The notes under the pieces are model-generated. The model was not told the origin of the DNA. It was given only the letters and a program-made list of their open reading frames with translations, and ran no database searches. 64,000 nucleotides of DNA, taken from assembly GCA_038087875.1 (NCBI GenBank), contig JAXLNO010000446.1, positions 682,001 through 746,000 on the forward strand, read 5' to 3'. This document shows, piece after piece, positions 48,141 to 59,880 of this stretch. Position numbers and translations under genes: made by a program. The DNA is from Malacoraja senta. Its lineage: Eukaryota. Every line of letters begins with the position of its first letter. The stretch's first letter is position 1.

Positions 48141-49499
48141 ATGGAGAAAATGTTGGAGGATTCTTTGGAGTGTGGGTGGAAACCGCAACTCCCGGAGAAA
48201 GCCCACGTGGTCACAGGGAGAATGCGCAAACTCCGTACAGACAGCACCTGTAAGTCAGATCGAAACCGGGTCTCTGGCGCAGTGAGGCAGCTTTTTTACC
48301 GCTGCGCCACGTGCCACCTCCGTGCCACTGTGCACAGTATCAATGCTCTCGTAATTTTATTGACCTTTGCAGTCTCTGTGTGTGGAGGGACCAAATTGTT
48401 ACCTTATTTGCGCGTCATTTACGCAACATAATTTATGCATCATGACGCACGACGCGCGCATGGCGATCATTACGCGCGCATGGCGCGTGGTGAGACATGG
48501 TGGCGTAGGCAGTGACGCATGGTTGCGCGCCACCCAGGATTTGGGGATTCACAAAATCTTTGCGTGCCACCTGCGTGACGTGCAAATGACGCCCAAGTGG
48601 GACAGGCCCTTTAGACAGGTATATGGATAGGATATGTTTAGTGGGATGCTAGTGTAGATGGGACATGTTGGACAATGTGGGCAGGTTGGGCCGAGGGGCC
48701 TGTTTCCACACTGTATCGCTCTATAACAGGGGCAGGAACTGTTCCTGAGCATAAAGCACAACACTGCAAACGGCTCGATTCTAAATATCCATTGTCTCTC
48801 CGCTGACTGGTTAGCACGCAACGAAAGCTTTTCACTGCAACATGGCACAGTAAACTAAACTGTAAGAATCCAACTAAAATCAGGTAAGTGTTAGGAAGTC
48901 ATGAATACCTCCAGGGAGAGCAAAGTGATTGTGACATCGTCAGTGGCAAGTGAAAGAGAAAATGCATTCATTTTAAATGGTGAAAGGTTTTGAAAAAGAA
49001 AATTAGGAAATACTGTATTCTATTTAAGATGATGTCTCTTTCTATTGTTGGGGAAATCAGTAAGAAGGCATGTTTTAATTTAAAATCATCAAACAAGAAT
49101 GATTTTCTTGCCTATTCATTACCATCTCTCTCTGTGGAACAAATCTATCACTATCTCATTATAGCTCTTCATAATTTTGAAGGCATTCATCAGATCATTG
49201 CTTAATCATTCAGTTTTCTTTGTTACTAAAGATTCTGACTCCTCGCATCTCTCTTCAGCAGCAACTTGCACAGCAGCTAACAGCGTCATCAATCTACCGC
49301 ACAACTTCCACTGATTTCCAGCTTTAATGGATGGTCCAAAAACTCCCCTGCAGACTAATTAAGTTCTGCAAGGTTAACATTTACTCCGTACTGATCTGTC
49401 ATTCTGAGCAAACGTCAAATAGGGATGCAACGAGTTAATTCTGCAATTTGCAGCAAACCTGATTGATTTTCTGAATCGGTCCCAAGAAGGGCCCCAACT

Positions 49500-49825
49500 T
49501 GAAACGTCACCTATCCATGTTCTCCACAGATGCTGCCTGACCCGCTGAGTTACTCCAGCACTCTGTGAAACGTCACCTATCCATGTTCTCCACAGATGCT
49601 GCCTGACCCGCTGAGATTCCCAGCACTCTGTGAAATGTCACCTATCCATGTTCTCCACAGATGCTGCCTGACCCGCTGAGATTTCCCAGCACTCTGTGAA
49701 ACGTCACCTATCCATGTTCTCCACAGATGCTGCCTGACCCGCTGAGTTACTCCAGCACTCTGTGAAACGTCACCTATCCATGTTCTCCACAGATGCTGCC
49801 TGACCCGCTGAGTTACTCCAGCATT
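49500..49825. repeat. 66-bp array, opposite orientation, about 5 units
   Basis: Read directly from sequence. Confidence 0.95.
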
Positions 49826-51299
49826 TTGTGTCTTTTTTTGTAAACAAGTTCACAAGTTATAGTAGAATTAGGCCATTCGGCCCATCGAGTCCATGCCGCC
49901 ATTCAATCATGGCTGATCTCTGCCTCATAATCCCATTTTCCTGCCTTCTCCCCATAACCCCTGACACCCGTTCTAATCAAGAATTTGTCTATCTCTGTCT
50001 TAAAAATATCCACTGACTTGGCCTCCACAGCCCTCTGTGGAAATGAATTCCACAGATTAACTACCCTCTGACTAAAGAAGTTCCTCCTCACCTCCTTTCT
50101 AAAAGAGCGCCCTTTAATACTGAGGCTATGACCTCTGGTCCTGGACTCCCCCACCAGTGGAAACATCCACTCTATCCAAGCCTTTCATTCTGTAAGTTCA
50201 CATTCACATTTATTGCCACATGCACCAGTTAAGATAGAGTGGAATTTGATTTAGCATGCAGCCACACAAACAAAAACACAATACACAATAGAATTCAACA
50301 TGAACATCCACCACGGTGGAATCAACATTCTTCACTGTGGTGGAAGGCAATAACGTTCAGTCAGTCCTCCTCATTTGTTCACCCGTGGTTGGGACCATGA
50401 ACCCTCCGCACTCGCCGCTACAGATGGCCCGATGTACAGGCCCTCTCGTCGGGATGCTCGAAACGCCGACGTCGGGATGGACGGACGCGCCGAGGCTTGG
50501 GGATCCCGAATCGGCCGCTTCCTACCGGAGACCGGGGCTTCAGGATGTTATAGGCCACAGGCCGACGGTCAGAGCTCTTAAAGTCCACGCCGCACCCACG
50601 GCTAGAAGCTCCGCAGACCGCGGCTTCAGAATGTCGTAGACCACGGGCCAGCGATTGGAGCACTTCTTCTAGTGACCCCCGGCAAGGGTTCGCCCCCCGC
50701 TCCGCGATGGAAAGTTTGCGTTGCGCCCGCTGCTGAAGCTCTGGGACCCGACTCCGGGAATGGCCGCACCAATCCAAGCTGTTAGGCCGTGAAGGAGGGC
50801 GAAACGCAACGAGGAGAAAAGTCGCATTCCACCGAGGTAAATCACTAAAAAACTATTTCCCCCAATTCCCGCCCCCCACCCCCCCCCCCCCCACACTATA
50901 ACACACTTAAACACAGTAAAACACACTTTTAGACATACTAAAAACAAAAAAAAGTGGAAAGGACGAACAGCTGCCGGCTCGCGGTGCCACCCGTCCGAAA
51001 GTTTCAATGAGGTCCCACCTCAACCTTCTAAACTCCAGCGAGTACAGGCCCAGTGCCATCAAACGCTCATCATATGCTAACCCACTCATTCCTGGGATCA
51101 TTCTTGTAAACCTCCTCTGGACCCTCTCCAGAGCCAGCATATCTTTCCTACTCCTGAACCTATTGTCTATTGTCTATTGTCAGATATGGGGCCCAAATTT
51201 GCTCACAGTATTGCAAATGCAGCCTGACCAGCGCCTTATAGAGTCTCAGCGTTACATCTCTGTTTTTGTATTCCAGTCCTCTTGATATAAATGCAAAAC

Positions 51300-51905
51300 A
51301 AAATTGTGAAAGCCAAGCAGGCATACTTCCCCAGGAGACAGGAAATTCAGCATGTCTTCAGTGACTCTGACAGACATCTACTGATGCTCCGTAGATAGCA
51401 GACTGTCCGGTTGTATCATGGCTTGGTTTGACAACAACTCTGCCCAAGACCGCAAGAAATTGCAGAGGGTTGTAGATGTATCCCAGTCCATCACACAGAC
51501 CACACTCCCCACCATTGTAGATGTGGCCCAGTCCATCACACAGACCACACTCCCCCACCATTGTAGATGTAGCCCAGTCCGTCACACAGACCACACTCCC
51601 CACCATTGTAGATGTGGCCCAGTCCATCACACAGACCACACTCCCCACCATTGTAGATGTATCCCAGTCCATCACACACACCACACTCCCCACCATTGTA
51701 GATGTGGCCCAGTCCATCACACAGACCACACTCCCCACCATTGACTCCATCTACACTTCATGCTGCCTCGGGAAAGTAGTCATCATAATCAAAGACTTGT
51801 CCCACCCCGGTCATTCCTTCTTCTCTCCTCTCCTGTTTGGCAGAAGGTACAGAAGCTTGAAAGCGCGCGCCACCAGACTCAGGAACAGCTTCTTCCCCTC
51901 TGTTC
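51300..51905 (+). mobile_element. Rex1/Babar-like LINE 3' fragment with an internal 45-bp tandem repeat (about 6 units, 51470-51745)
   Basis: AWF...QDRKKLQRVV, repeated IVDVAQSITQTTLPT, GRRYRSLKARATRLRNSFFP. Related 3' fragments near 2430-2850, 10065-10612, 17740-18035, 31725-32000, 36320-36790, 54215-54465. Confidence 0.8.
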
Positions 51906-54900
51906 CAGAAGCTAGTATCTATAGTTCCTGTTTCTACATCTTATGTTCATATGTCATTGGAGCAGAAGTAGGCCATTTGGCCCATCGAGTCTACTCCGCC
52001 ATTCAATCACGGCTGATCTATCTTTCCCTCTCAACCCCATTCTCCTGCCTTCTCCTGCCTTCTCCCCATAACCCCTGACACCTGTACTAACCAAAAATCT
52101 ATCTATCTCTGACTTAAAAATATCCATTGACTTGGCCTCCACAGTCTTCTGCGGAAAATAATTCTACAGATTTACCACCATCAGACAAATAAATCCCTCC
52201 GCATCTCCTTCCTAAAGGTATGTCCTTTAATTCTGAGGCTATGACCTCTGGTCCTAGACTCTCCCACTGGTGAAAACATCCTCTCCACATCCACTCTATC
52301 CAGGCCTTTCACTATTCAGTGAGTTTTAATGAGGTCCCCCCTCCGTTGTTGAATGACTGATTCTACGAGTAGTAGCCAAAACATTGTGTGTTCCTCATGT
52401 CCATCAACGTTGATGAACCCATCCCTCCTCTCTTACGGTGCGTGCACGACCTCTTTGATGCAACTTTGAGGACACGTTGGCAAAGAAGGAGCTTCTGTAA
52501 TTACTAGTGAAGATGGCATGGATGTTCACCGTGAGGTTGTGGTCCAAAGAGGTCATTCATGTGAATGATGAGTTGGGTTGGTTCTTCTGTTTCCGTGCTG
52601 TTTAGTTTAGCGTAGAGATACAGCGCTCAAACGGCCCCTCCAGCCCTCCGAGTCCTCGCCAACCGGCGATCCCCGCACATCAACACTAACCTATACACAC
52701 TGGGGACAATGTCACATTCACACAAAGCCAATTAACCTGGAAACCTGTACTATTTTGGGAGTGTGGGAGGAAACCGAAGATCTCGGAGAAAACCCTCGCA
52801 GGTCAAGGGGAGAACGTACAAACTCCGTACAGACAGCACCTGTAGTCAGGATCGAACCCTGGTCTCTGGCGCTGTGAGGCAGCAACTCTACCGCTGCTCC
52901 ACGCTATGACTATTCAATGACACGGTCATATTACTTTTTTACGGGGTTTAACACCAAGAGTCCTGTTATTTTTAGTACACACATCTACTGGCTCCATTAA
53001 TGACTCAAATGGTTCAAAGCCAAGATTGTTACCTTCCATTTAACACAGTTAAGACAAGTTTGCCTTTTAACTCGCTCAACGCATTATCTCACATTTTCCT
53101 TCAGTGATGTGTGCTCACTGCCAATGTGGTGTTAGTGCCAAATTTTCAAATTATGCCCTCAATCATACACTCTGTGTGACTTTATGCCCATCGTTAAAGA
53201 GAGGCACCTTTACTGATCTCTGCGGAGCACCATTCATCTCGTTTACACCCCGTGACACTCCACCCCAGCGGTATGAACATGAACAAGATTGTTAAGGGTT
53301 TGGACACGCTAGAGGCAGGAAACATGTTCCCGATGTTGGGAGAGTCCAGAACCAGGGGCCACAGTTTAAGAATAAGGAGTAAGCCATTTAGAACGGAGAC
53401 GAGGAAACGCTTTTTCACACAGAGAGTGGTGAGTGTGGAATTCTCTGCCTCAGAGGGCGGTGGAGGCAGGTTCTCTGGATGCTTTCAAGAGAGAGCTAGG
53501 TAGGGATCTTAAAAATAGCGGAGTCAGGGGACATGGGGAGAAGGCAGGAACGGGGTACTGATTGGGATGATCAGCCATGATCACATTGAATGGCGGTGCT
53601 GGCTCGAAGGGCCGAATGGCCTACTCCTGCACCTATGGTCTATTGTCTATTGACTTCTCTAATTTCAGGTAGTCCTTGCTTTCTCACTCCTTCCCCTCCC
53701 CCTTCCCAGCTCTCCCACATAGCCTACTGTCTCCGCCTCTTCCTTTCTATTTGCCCGCCCATCCCACATCAATCTGAAGAAGGGTCTCGACCCGAAACGC
53801 CCCTACTCCTTTTCTCCATAGATGCTGCCTCACCCGCTGAGTTTCTCCAGCATTTTTTGTCTACTTTCTATTCCTATTGATCATTCTCACACAGAGGGTG
53901 GTGGGTGTATGGAATGAGCTGCCAGAGGAGGTAGTTGAGGCTGGGACTATCACAACATTTAAGAAACAGTTAGAGAGGTACATGGATAGGACTGGTTTGT
54001 AGGGATATGGGCCAAAGGTGGGTAGGTGGGACATGTTGGCCAGTGTGGGCAAGTTGGGCCGAAGGGCCTGTTTCCACGCTGAATCACTCTATGACTCTAT
54101 ACGGGTCCACCACTGATTTTCTGGCACCCTTGGTTCCAGAACCTTTCTGCATTATCCGTGTTGCTGGACCAACAGAAGTCACAGCCTCTGAGGAGTTGAA
54201 TGTTACAGGACCGCTCTCTAGTTGGTGAGAGAACAGTTCAGTTGCCTGATAACAGCCGGGAAGAAACTGTCCCTGGATCTGGAGGTGTGCGTTTTCACAC
54301 TTCTGTACCTCTTACCCTATGGGAGAGGGGAGAAGCGGGGGTGAGACTGGTCCTTGATTACGCTGCTGGCCTTGCCGAGGCAGCGTGAAATATAGATGGA
54401 ATTGATAGAGGGGCGGTTGGTTTGTGTGATGGTCTGGGCTGCGTACACAATTCTCTGTAATTTCTACACAAGGTTTCGTGGGATATGGGCCAACTGGGGC
54501 AAATAGGTCGAGCTCATATGGGGCAGCGGGAATGTGTTGGGCTGAAGGGCCTTGTTCTGTGCTGTATCACCTATGATACAGCACCTGCGATTACTTGTTT
54601 CATCCTCACTTTAATTTGGAAGACGTATAACTATTCATGTCATAAGTGATAGGAGCAAAATTAGGCCATTCGGCCCATCAAGTCTACTCCACCATTCTAT
54701 GAATCTGATGGCTGATCTATCTCTCCTGACCCCATTTCCCTGCTTTTTCGCCAAAACCACTGACACCCGTACTAATCAAGAATTCATCTATCTCTACCTT
54801 AAAAATATCCACTGCCTTAGCTTCCACAGCTTTCTGTGGCAAAGAATTCCACAGATTCATCACCCTCTGACTAAAAAAATTCTTCCTCATCTCCTTCATG

Positions 54901-55805
54901 AAGGAAGATCCTATACTTCTGAGGCTGTGACCTCTGGTCCTAGACTCTCCCACTAGTGGAAACATCCTCTCCACATCCACTCTATCCAAGCCTTTCACTA
55001 TTCTGTAAGTTTCAATGAGGTTCCCCCTCATTCTTCTAAACTCCAGCGAGTACAGGCCCAGTGCCGTCAAACACTCATCATAGGTTAACCTACTCATTCC
55101 TGGGATCATTCTTGTAAACCTCCTCTGGACCCTCTCCAGAGCCAGCACATCCTTCCTAACTTATGGTGCCCAAAACTGCTCACAATATTCCAAATGTGGC
55201 CCGACCAGCGCCTTATAGAGCCTCAGCATTACATCCCTGTTTTTTTATACAAGCCTTCTTCAAATAAATGCTGGCATTGCATTTGTCTTCCTTACCACCG
55301 AAGGCCATACTTCTGTCTTTGCAAAACGGTGGAATCAAAATCTAATGACAGAGCATAATTTCTTAAATTTTTGTAATTCTTTTCACATTTTGGAACAATT
55401 TATTCCTGTGAGGGGAAATGAATTATTTGTAAGCGACAAGGATATGAACAGCTGCGAGCAGCGTTGTACTGTTGTCTTGAATTTGGCTGAACATTGTTTC
55501 ATTATTTCTGTGTAGGATGACGGGCTGTCTGCAATCACTGAGCCTTGTGCGAGACAAATGATGATTGATGAAAGTGAAATCATTCATCTCCTTCAGCATA
55601 GACTACCCAGGTAAATTAATCGGCTAGATAAATTAACCACACAAGAACGGTGGGTGAAAAACCACGATGGTGACTCCTTACCAACACAAAGTTATTTTTG
55701 CACTTAGATTCTTTCAGGGTATCGTTTCAAGATACCTAATAAACCCATTGTGGAAGAATTAGAGAGAGGATGAAACAAGCAAAGATTTGTGTGGAAGACA
55801 GACCC

Positions 55806-56638
55806 AGAGTGCTGGAGTAACTCAGCGGGTCAAGCAGCATCTGTGGAGAACATGGATAGGTGACGTTTCACAGAGTGCTGGAGTAACTCAGCGGGTCAGG
55901 CAGCATCTGCGGAGAACATGGATAGGTGACGTTTCACAGAGTGCTGGAGTAACTCAGCGGGTCAGGCAGCATCTGTGGAGAACATGGATAGGTGACGTTT
56001 CACAGAGTGCTGGAGTAACTCAGCGGGTCAGGCAGCATCTGTGGAGAACATGGATAGGTGACGTTTCACAGAGAGCTGGAGTAACTCAGCGGGTCAGGCA
56101 GCATCTGTGGAGCGAAGGAAATGGGCAACCTTTCGGGCCGAAACCCTGAAGGAAATAGGCAACGTTTTGGGCCGAAACCCGGAAGGGTTTCGGGCCAAAA
56201 CGTTGCCTATTTCCTTCGCTCTATAGATGCTGCCGGAACATGGATAGGTGACGTTTCACAGAGTGCTGGAGTAACTCAGCGGGTCAGGCAACATCTGTGG
56301 GGAACATGGATAGGTGACATTTCACAGAGTGCTGGAGTAACTCAGCGGGTCAGGCAGCATCTGTGGAGAACATGGATAGGTGACGTTTCACAGAGTGCTG
56401 GAGTAACTCAGCGGGTCAGGCAGCATCTATGGAGAACATGGATAGGTGACGTTTCACAGAGTGCTGGAGTAACTCAGCGGGTCAGGCAGCATCTGTGGAG
56501 AACATGGATAGGTGGCGTTTCACAGAGTGCTGGAGTAACTCAGCGGGTCAGGCAGCATCTGTGGAGAACATGGATAGGTGACGTTTCACAGAGAGCTGGA
56601 GTAACTCAGCGGGTCAGGCAGCATCTGTGGAGAAAAAG
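55806..56638. repeat. 66-bp array (10 or more units) with palindromic interruption (about 56113-56235), running into the gap
   Basis: Read directly from sequence. Confidence 0.96.
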
Positions 56639-56639
56639 A

Positions 56640-56839
56640 NNNNNNNNNNNNNNNNNNNNNNNNNNNNNNNNNNNNNNNNNNNNNNNNNNNNNNNNNNNNN
56701 NNNNNNNNNNNNNNNNNNNNNNNNNNNNNNNNNNNNNNNNNNNNNNNNNNNNNNNNNNNNNNNNNNNNNNNNNNNNNNNNNNNNNNNNNNNNNNNNNNNN
56801 NNNNNNNNNNNNNNNNNNNNNNNNNNNNNNNNNNNNNNN
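56640..56839. other. Assembly gap (200 N)
   Basis: N run. Confidence 1.
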
Positions 56840-57189
56840 ACTTTTGATCTGCAAGTGCCAACGTTTTACCCCCTGACCAAGTTAACAGTAACATCAGCGC
56901 TGAAATACCAGCTTAGATTACATGCAAAGGTCACAGGACTCTGTGTCAACCCATGACTCTCAGATTGAGAAAAGCTATTGCAGTCACAGAGTTAAAGTAC
57001 ATATTTATAGCTGAGTGGATAAACGTTAACTCGATACCCAGGTGTTTATATCGTTGCAGAGGTGATGGATCAACACAGCTTGTGATTGCTTTGACTTTGA
57101 GATATAATCACGGAGTCATTAAACACGGAAAGAGGCCCTTTCGGCCCAACTCCTCCATGCCGACCAAGATGCTCCATCTATTTGGCCCA

Positions 57190-58719
57190 TCTATCTATCT
57201 ATATAATTAAAAGTCTCATCTTGACCACTTCCTGTTTGCACTGTGCTTTGATTTTAGAAAAAAAACGCTACCACATATGGCTGTGATTTTTTGGCCATCT
57301 TACTCAGAGTCCTCCTCCGCTGCACAGGCCCCGAGGATTTTTCCCATCGATGAAAGATAAAAGACTTAGTAGTGTTAAAAAAATCTTGAGATTCTCTCTC
57401 CTGTCCACCGCCATGAAGGCCACACCCCTGCCAGTGGGAGGGGGGAGGGACTATAAAACCCAGAAGTGTGGGAGTGGCTCAGTCTGTCTGCAAGATGGCG
57501 AGGGAGAGGTCACAACTCTCTGTCTGAGCTGGGAAACTACAGAACACTGTGAGTATGCAATGTACTTGAATAAATGATTTGTTAGACCTCAATGAAAATG
57601 AAATGAGTTGTTTGGCCTGCCCTGTGCTTGAAACTGCAATGGCAATGGAAATGAAGTGAAAATGCAATCAGCTGTTTGGCTTGGGCCTGCCCTGTGCTTG
57701 AAACTGCAATGGCAATGGGAAATGAAGTGAAAATGCAATGAGCTGTTTGGCTCGATCCTGCCATGTGCTTGAAACTGCAATGGCAATGGAAATGAAGTGA
57801 AAATGCAATGAGCTGTTTGGCTTGAGCCTGGCCTGTGCTTGAAAGTGCAATGGCAATAGAAATGAAGTGAAAATCCAATCAGTTGTTTGGCTTGAGCCTG
57901 CCCTGTGCTTGAAAGTGCAATGGCAATGGAAGTTAAATGAAAATGAAATGAGCTATTCGGCCTGCCCTGTGCTTGAAACTGCAATGCAATTCGAAATGAA
58001 ATGAAATTAGTTGTTTGGCCTGCCTGAAACCACCAATTTCGGCCCACAAGGCCCCTATTAGCCGAGAAACCAGTCTCTTTTGCCCAAAATGCCCGTATTA
58101 GCCCAGGAGGAGCATTTTGGCCCAAAGGACCCGTGCCAGGCCAGGAAAAGTCCAGAAAAAGTGCCTTTCACTGAGATTTCATTCAGATTTTTTTTAAGTC
58201 CCTTCGGCCCATCATGCCTGTACTAGCCCAGGAGTCCCTTCAGCCATTTGGCCCATCAGTAAGTATCCCCCCTGCAAGTATTAAACCTCACCCCAGTATT
58301 TTTCTCCCTTCCTTCATTTGCTCCCTGTGAGATCCAGGTCAGGATAGACTTTCCTCATTCATTGCTGTGATCTGCAGAAAAAGATGAAAAATGTCTAATA
58401 TAGATTCTCCACCCTCACCCCCTTCTTTCTCACAGTCTCTCGCCTGTTTTGGGCAGAATTTCTGGCAGTTTCTGAGCTGCCAGCCCACCCGATCTGAGTG
58501 ACTGAGCTGCCAGCCCAAGAATCCATTCGGCCCGCAATGTCCATACTAGACCTCTGGAAACCAATCCCTTTGGCCCACAACACCCATACTAGCGCTGCAG
58601 AAAGCTTCACCCCCCCCCACTGGCCAGCAATATTGGAATTGGTGGAGAGGTGGAATATTGCGTTGGGAGACCAGCCCTCCCGTGTGAACATGGGACCCAA
58701 CAGGTTTCACTTAGTCTAG
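57190..58719 (+). mobile_element. Uninterrupted non-autonomous Helitron, about 1.5 kb
   Basis: A|TC start, degenerate hairpin GGGACCCAACAGGTTTC plus CTAG end. Colinear with 3270-9009 once insertions are removed. Confidence 0.88.
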
Positions 58720-59245
58720 TATATTACTAAAACTCTCATCTTGACCACTTCTGGTCTGTGTTGTAATTACATTTGCGCGAAAACGATCCCCCATAGCGCT
58801 ACGATTTTTCGTCACATTACTTACCGTTCTCCTCTGCTGCAAGTCAAATAAGTTATGTTCAGATTGGTGAAATATTAGAAAAGTTATTGGTCTATTATTC
58901 GCCAGGACGGCGACACCCCCTTCCGGCACCCGCTATCAATCACCGGCCGCGAGAATAAAGCTGAAGGAGCGGAGTGAGCAAAGTGCGAGCGGGGGCCCAC
59001 ACCACCCCCTCCAACATACACCCCCTCCCCTACCCCCACAACACCCCTACACTCCACCACACCCCCCTACACCCCTCCCCTACCCCCACAACACCCTCCT
59101 CCCCTACACTCCACCACACCCCCCTACACCCCTCCCTACCCCACCACCCCCCTAACACCACCATACCCCCCTACCCCAACCATCCCCCCCTCCCTCCTCC
59201 CCCCACCCCCTCCCCCATCCAACCCCTTCCTCCCCCCCCCCCCCC
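58720..59245 (+). mobile_element. Second related Helitron head in direct tandem, followed by C-rich repeats; 3' end not seen
   Basis: TATATTACTAAAACTCTCATCTTGACCACTTC is homologous to the head at 57200. Confidence 0.65.
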
Positions 59246-59880
59246 TTCGACTTTATTTGTTTTTTTAGTATGTCCAGATGTATATGTCTCTCTGTATGTT
59301 TATATGTGGGGGTGGTGGAGGGGAATAGGGGGAAACCGTTTCCAGTCACTTACCTCGGTGGAGATGGGACTATTCCCCTAGTCGCATTTTCCCCTCCCTT
59401 GCGGCCTAACAACTTGGATTGGTGCGGCCTTTCCCGGAGACAGCCCAGATCTTCAGCAGTGGGTGCGGCGCGGACTTCCATCGCGGAGCCAGAAGATAGG
59501 CTCCGACCGCCGGCCTGCTGACTTTAACATCGTGAAGCTGCGGTCTGCGGAGCTTCTAGCAGCCAGCAGGCGTGGAGTGGACTTTACCATCCCTGAGCCA
59601 GGGGTCCCTTGACGGGGATCGCCGAGAAGAGCTCAGACCGCTGGCCTGCCTGTGGCCCATAACATCGTGAAGCTGCGGTCTCCGGTAAGAAAGTGGCCGA
59701 TTCAGGCACTTCAAGCCGCAGAGTGTGTTCCATCCGTCCCGACGTCGGAGTTTCGATCATCCCGATGTGAGGGCTTGTACTTCAGGCCGTCCGACTACGG
59801 AGGGTCAAGGCCCCAAACACGGGTGAACAAAAGGAGGAAGAATGTCTGAACTTTATTGATCACTGTGGTGGATGTTTATG

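Noticed and set aside
49232..49327. Exon-like segment in unique DNA (also 63173-63232)
   Set aside because: Weak splice signals and no recognisable peptide; indistinguishable from chance.
55787..56876. Regular repeats and a 22-aa repeat ORF suggestive of a CRISPR array or repeat protein
   Set aside because: Head-to-tail 66-bp units with no unique spacers and no cas genes, in a vertebrate context. The frame is open because 66 is a multiple of 3.
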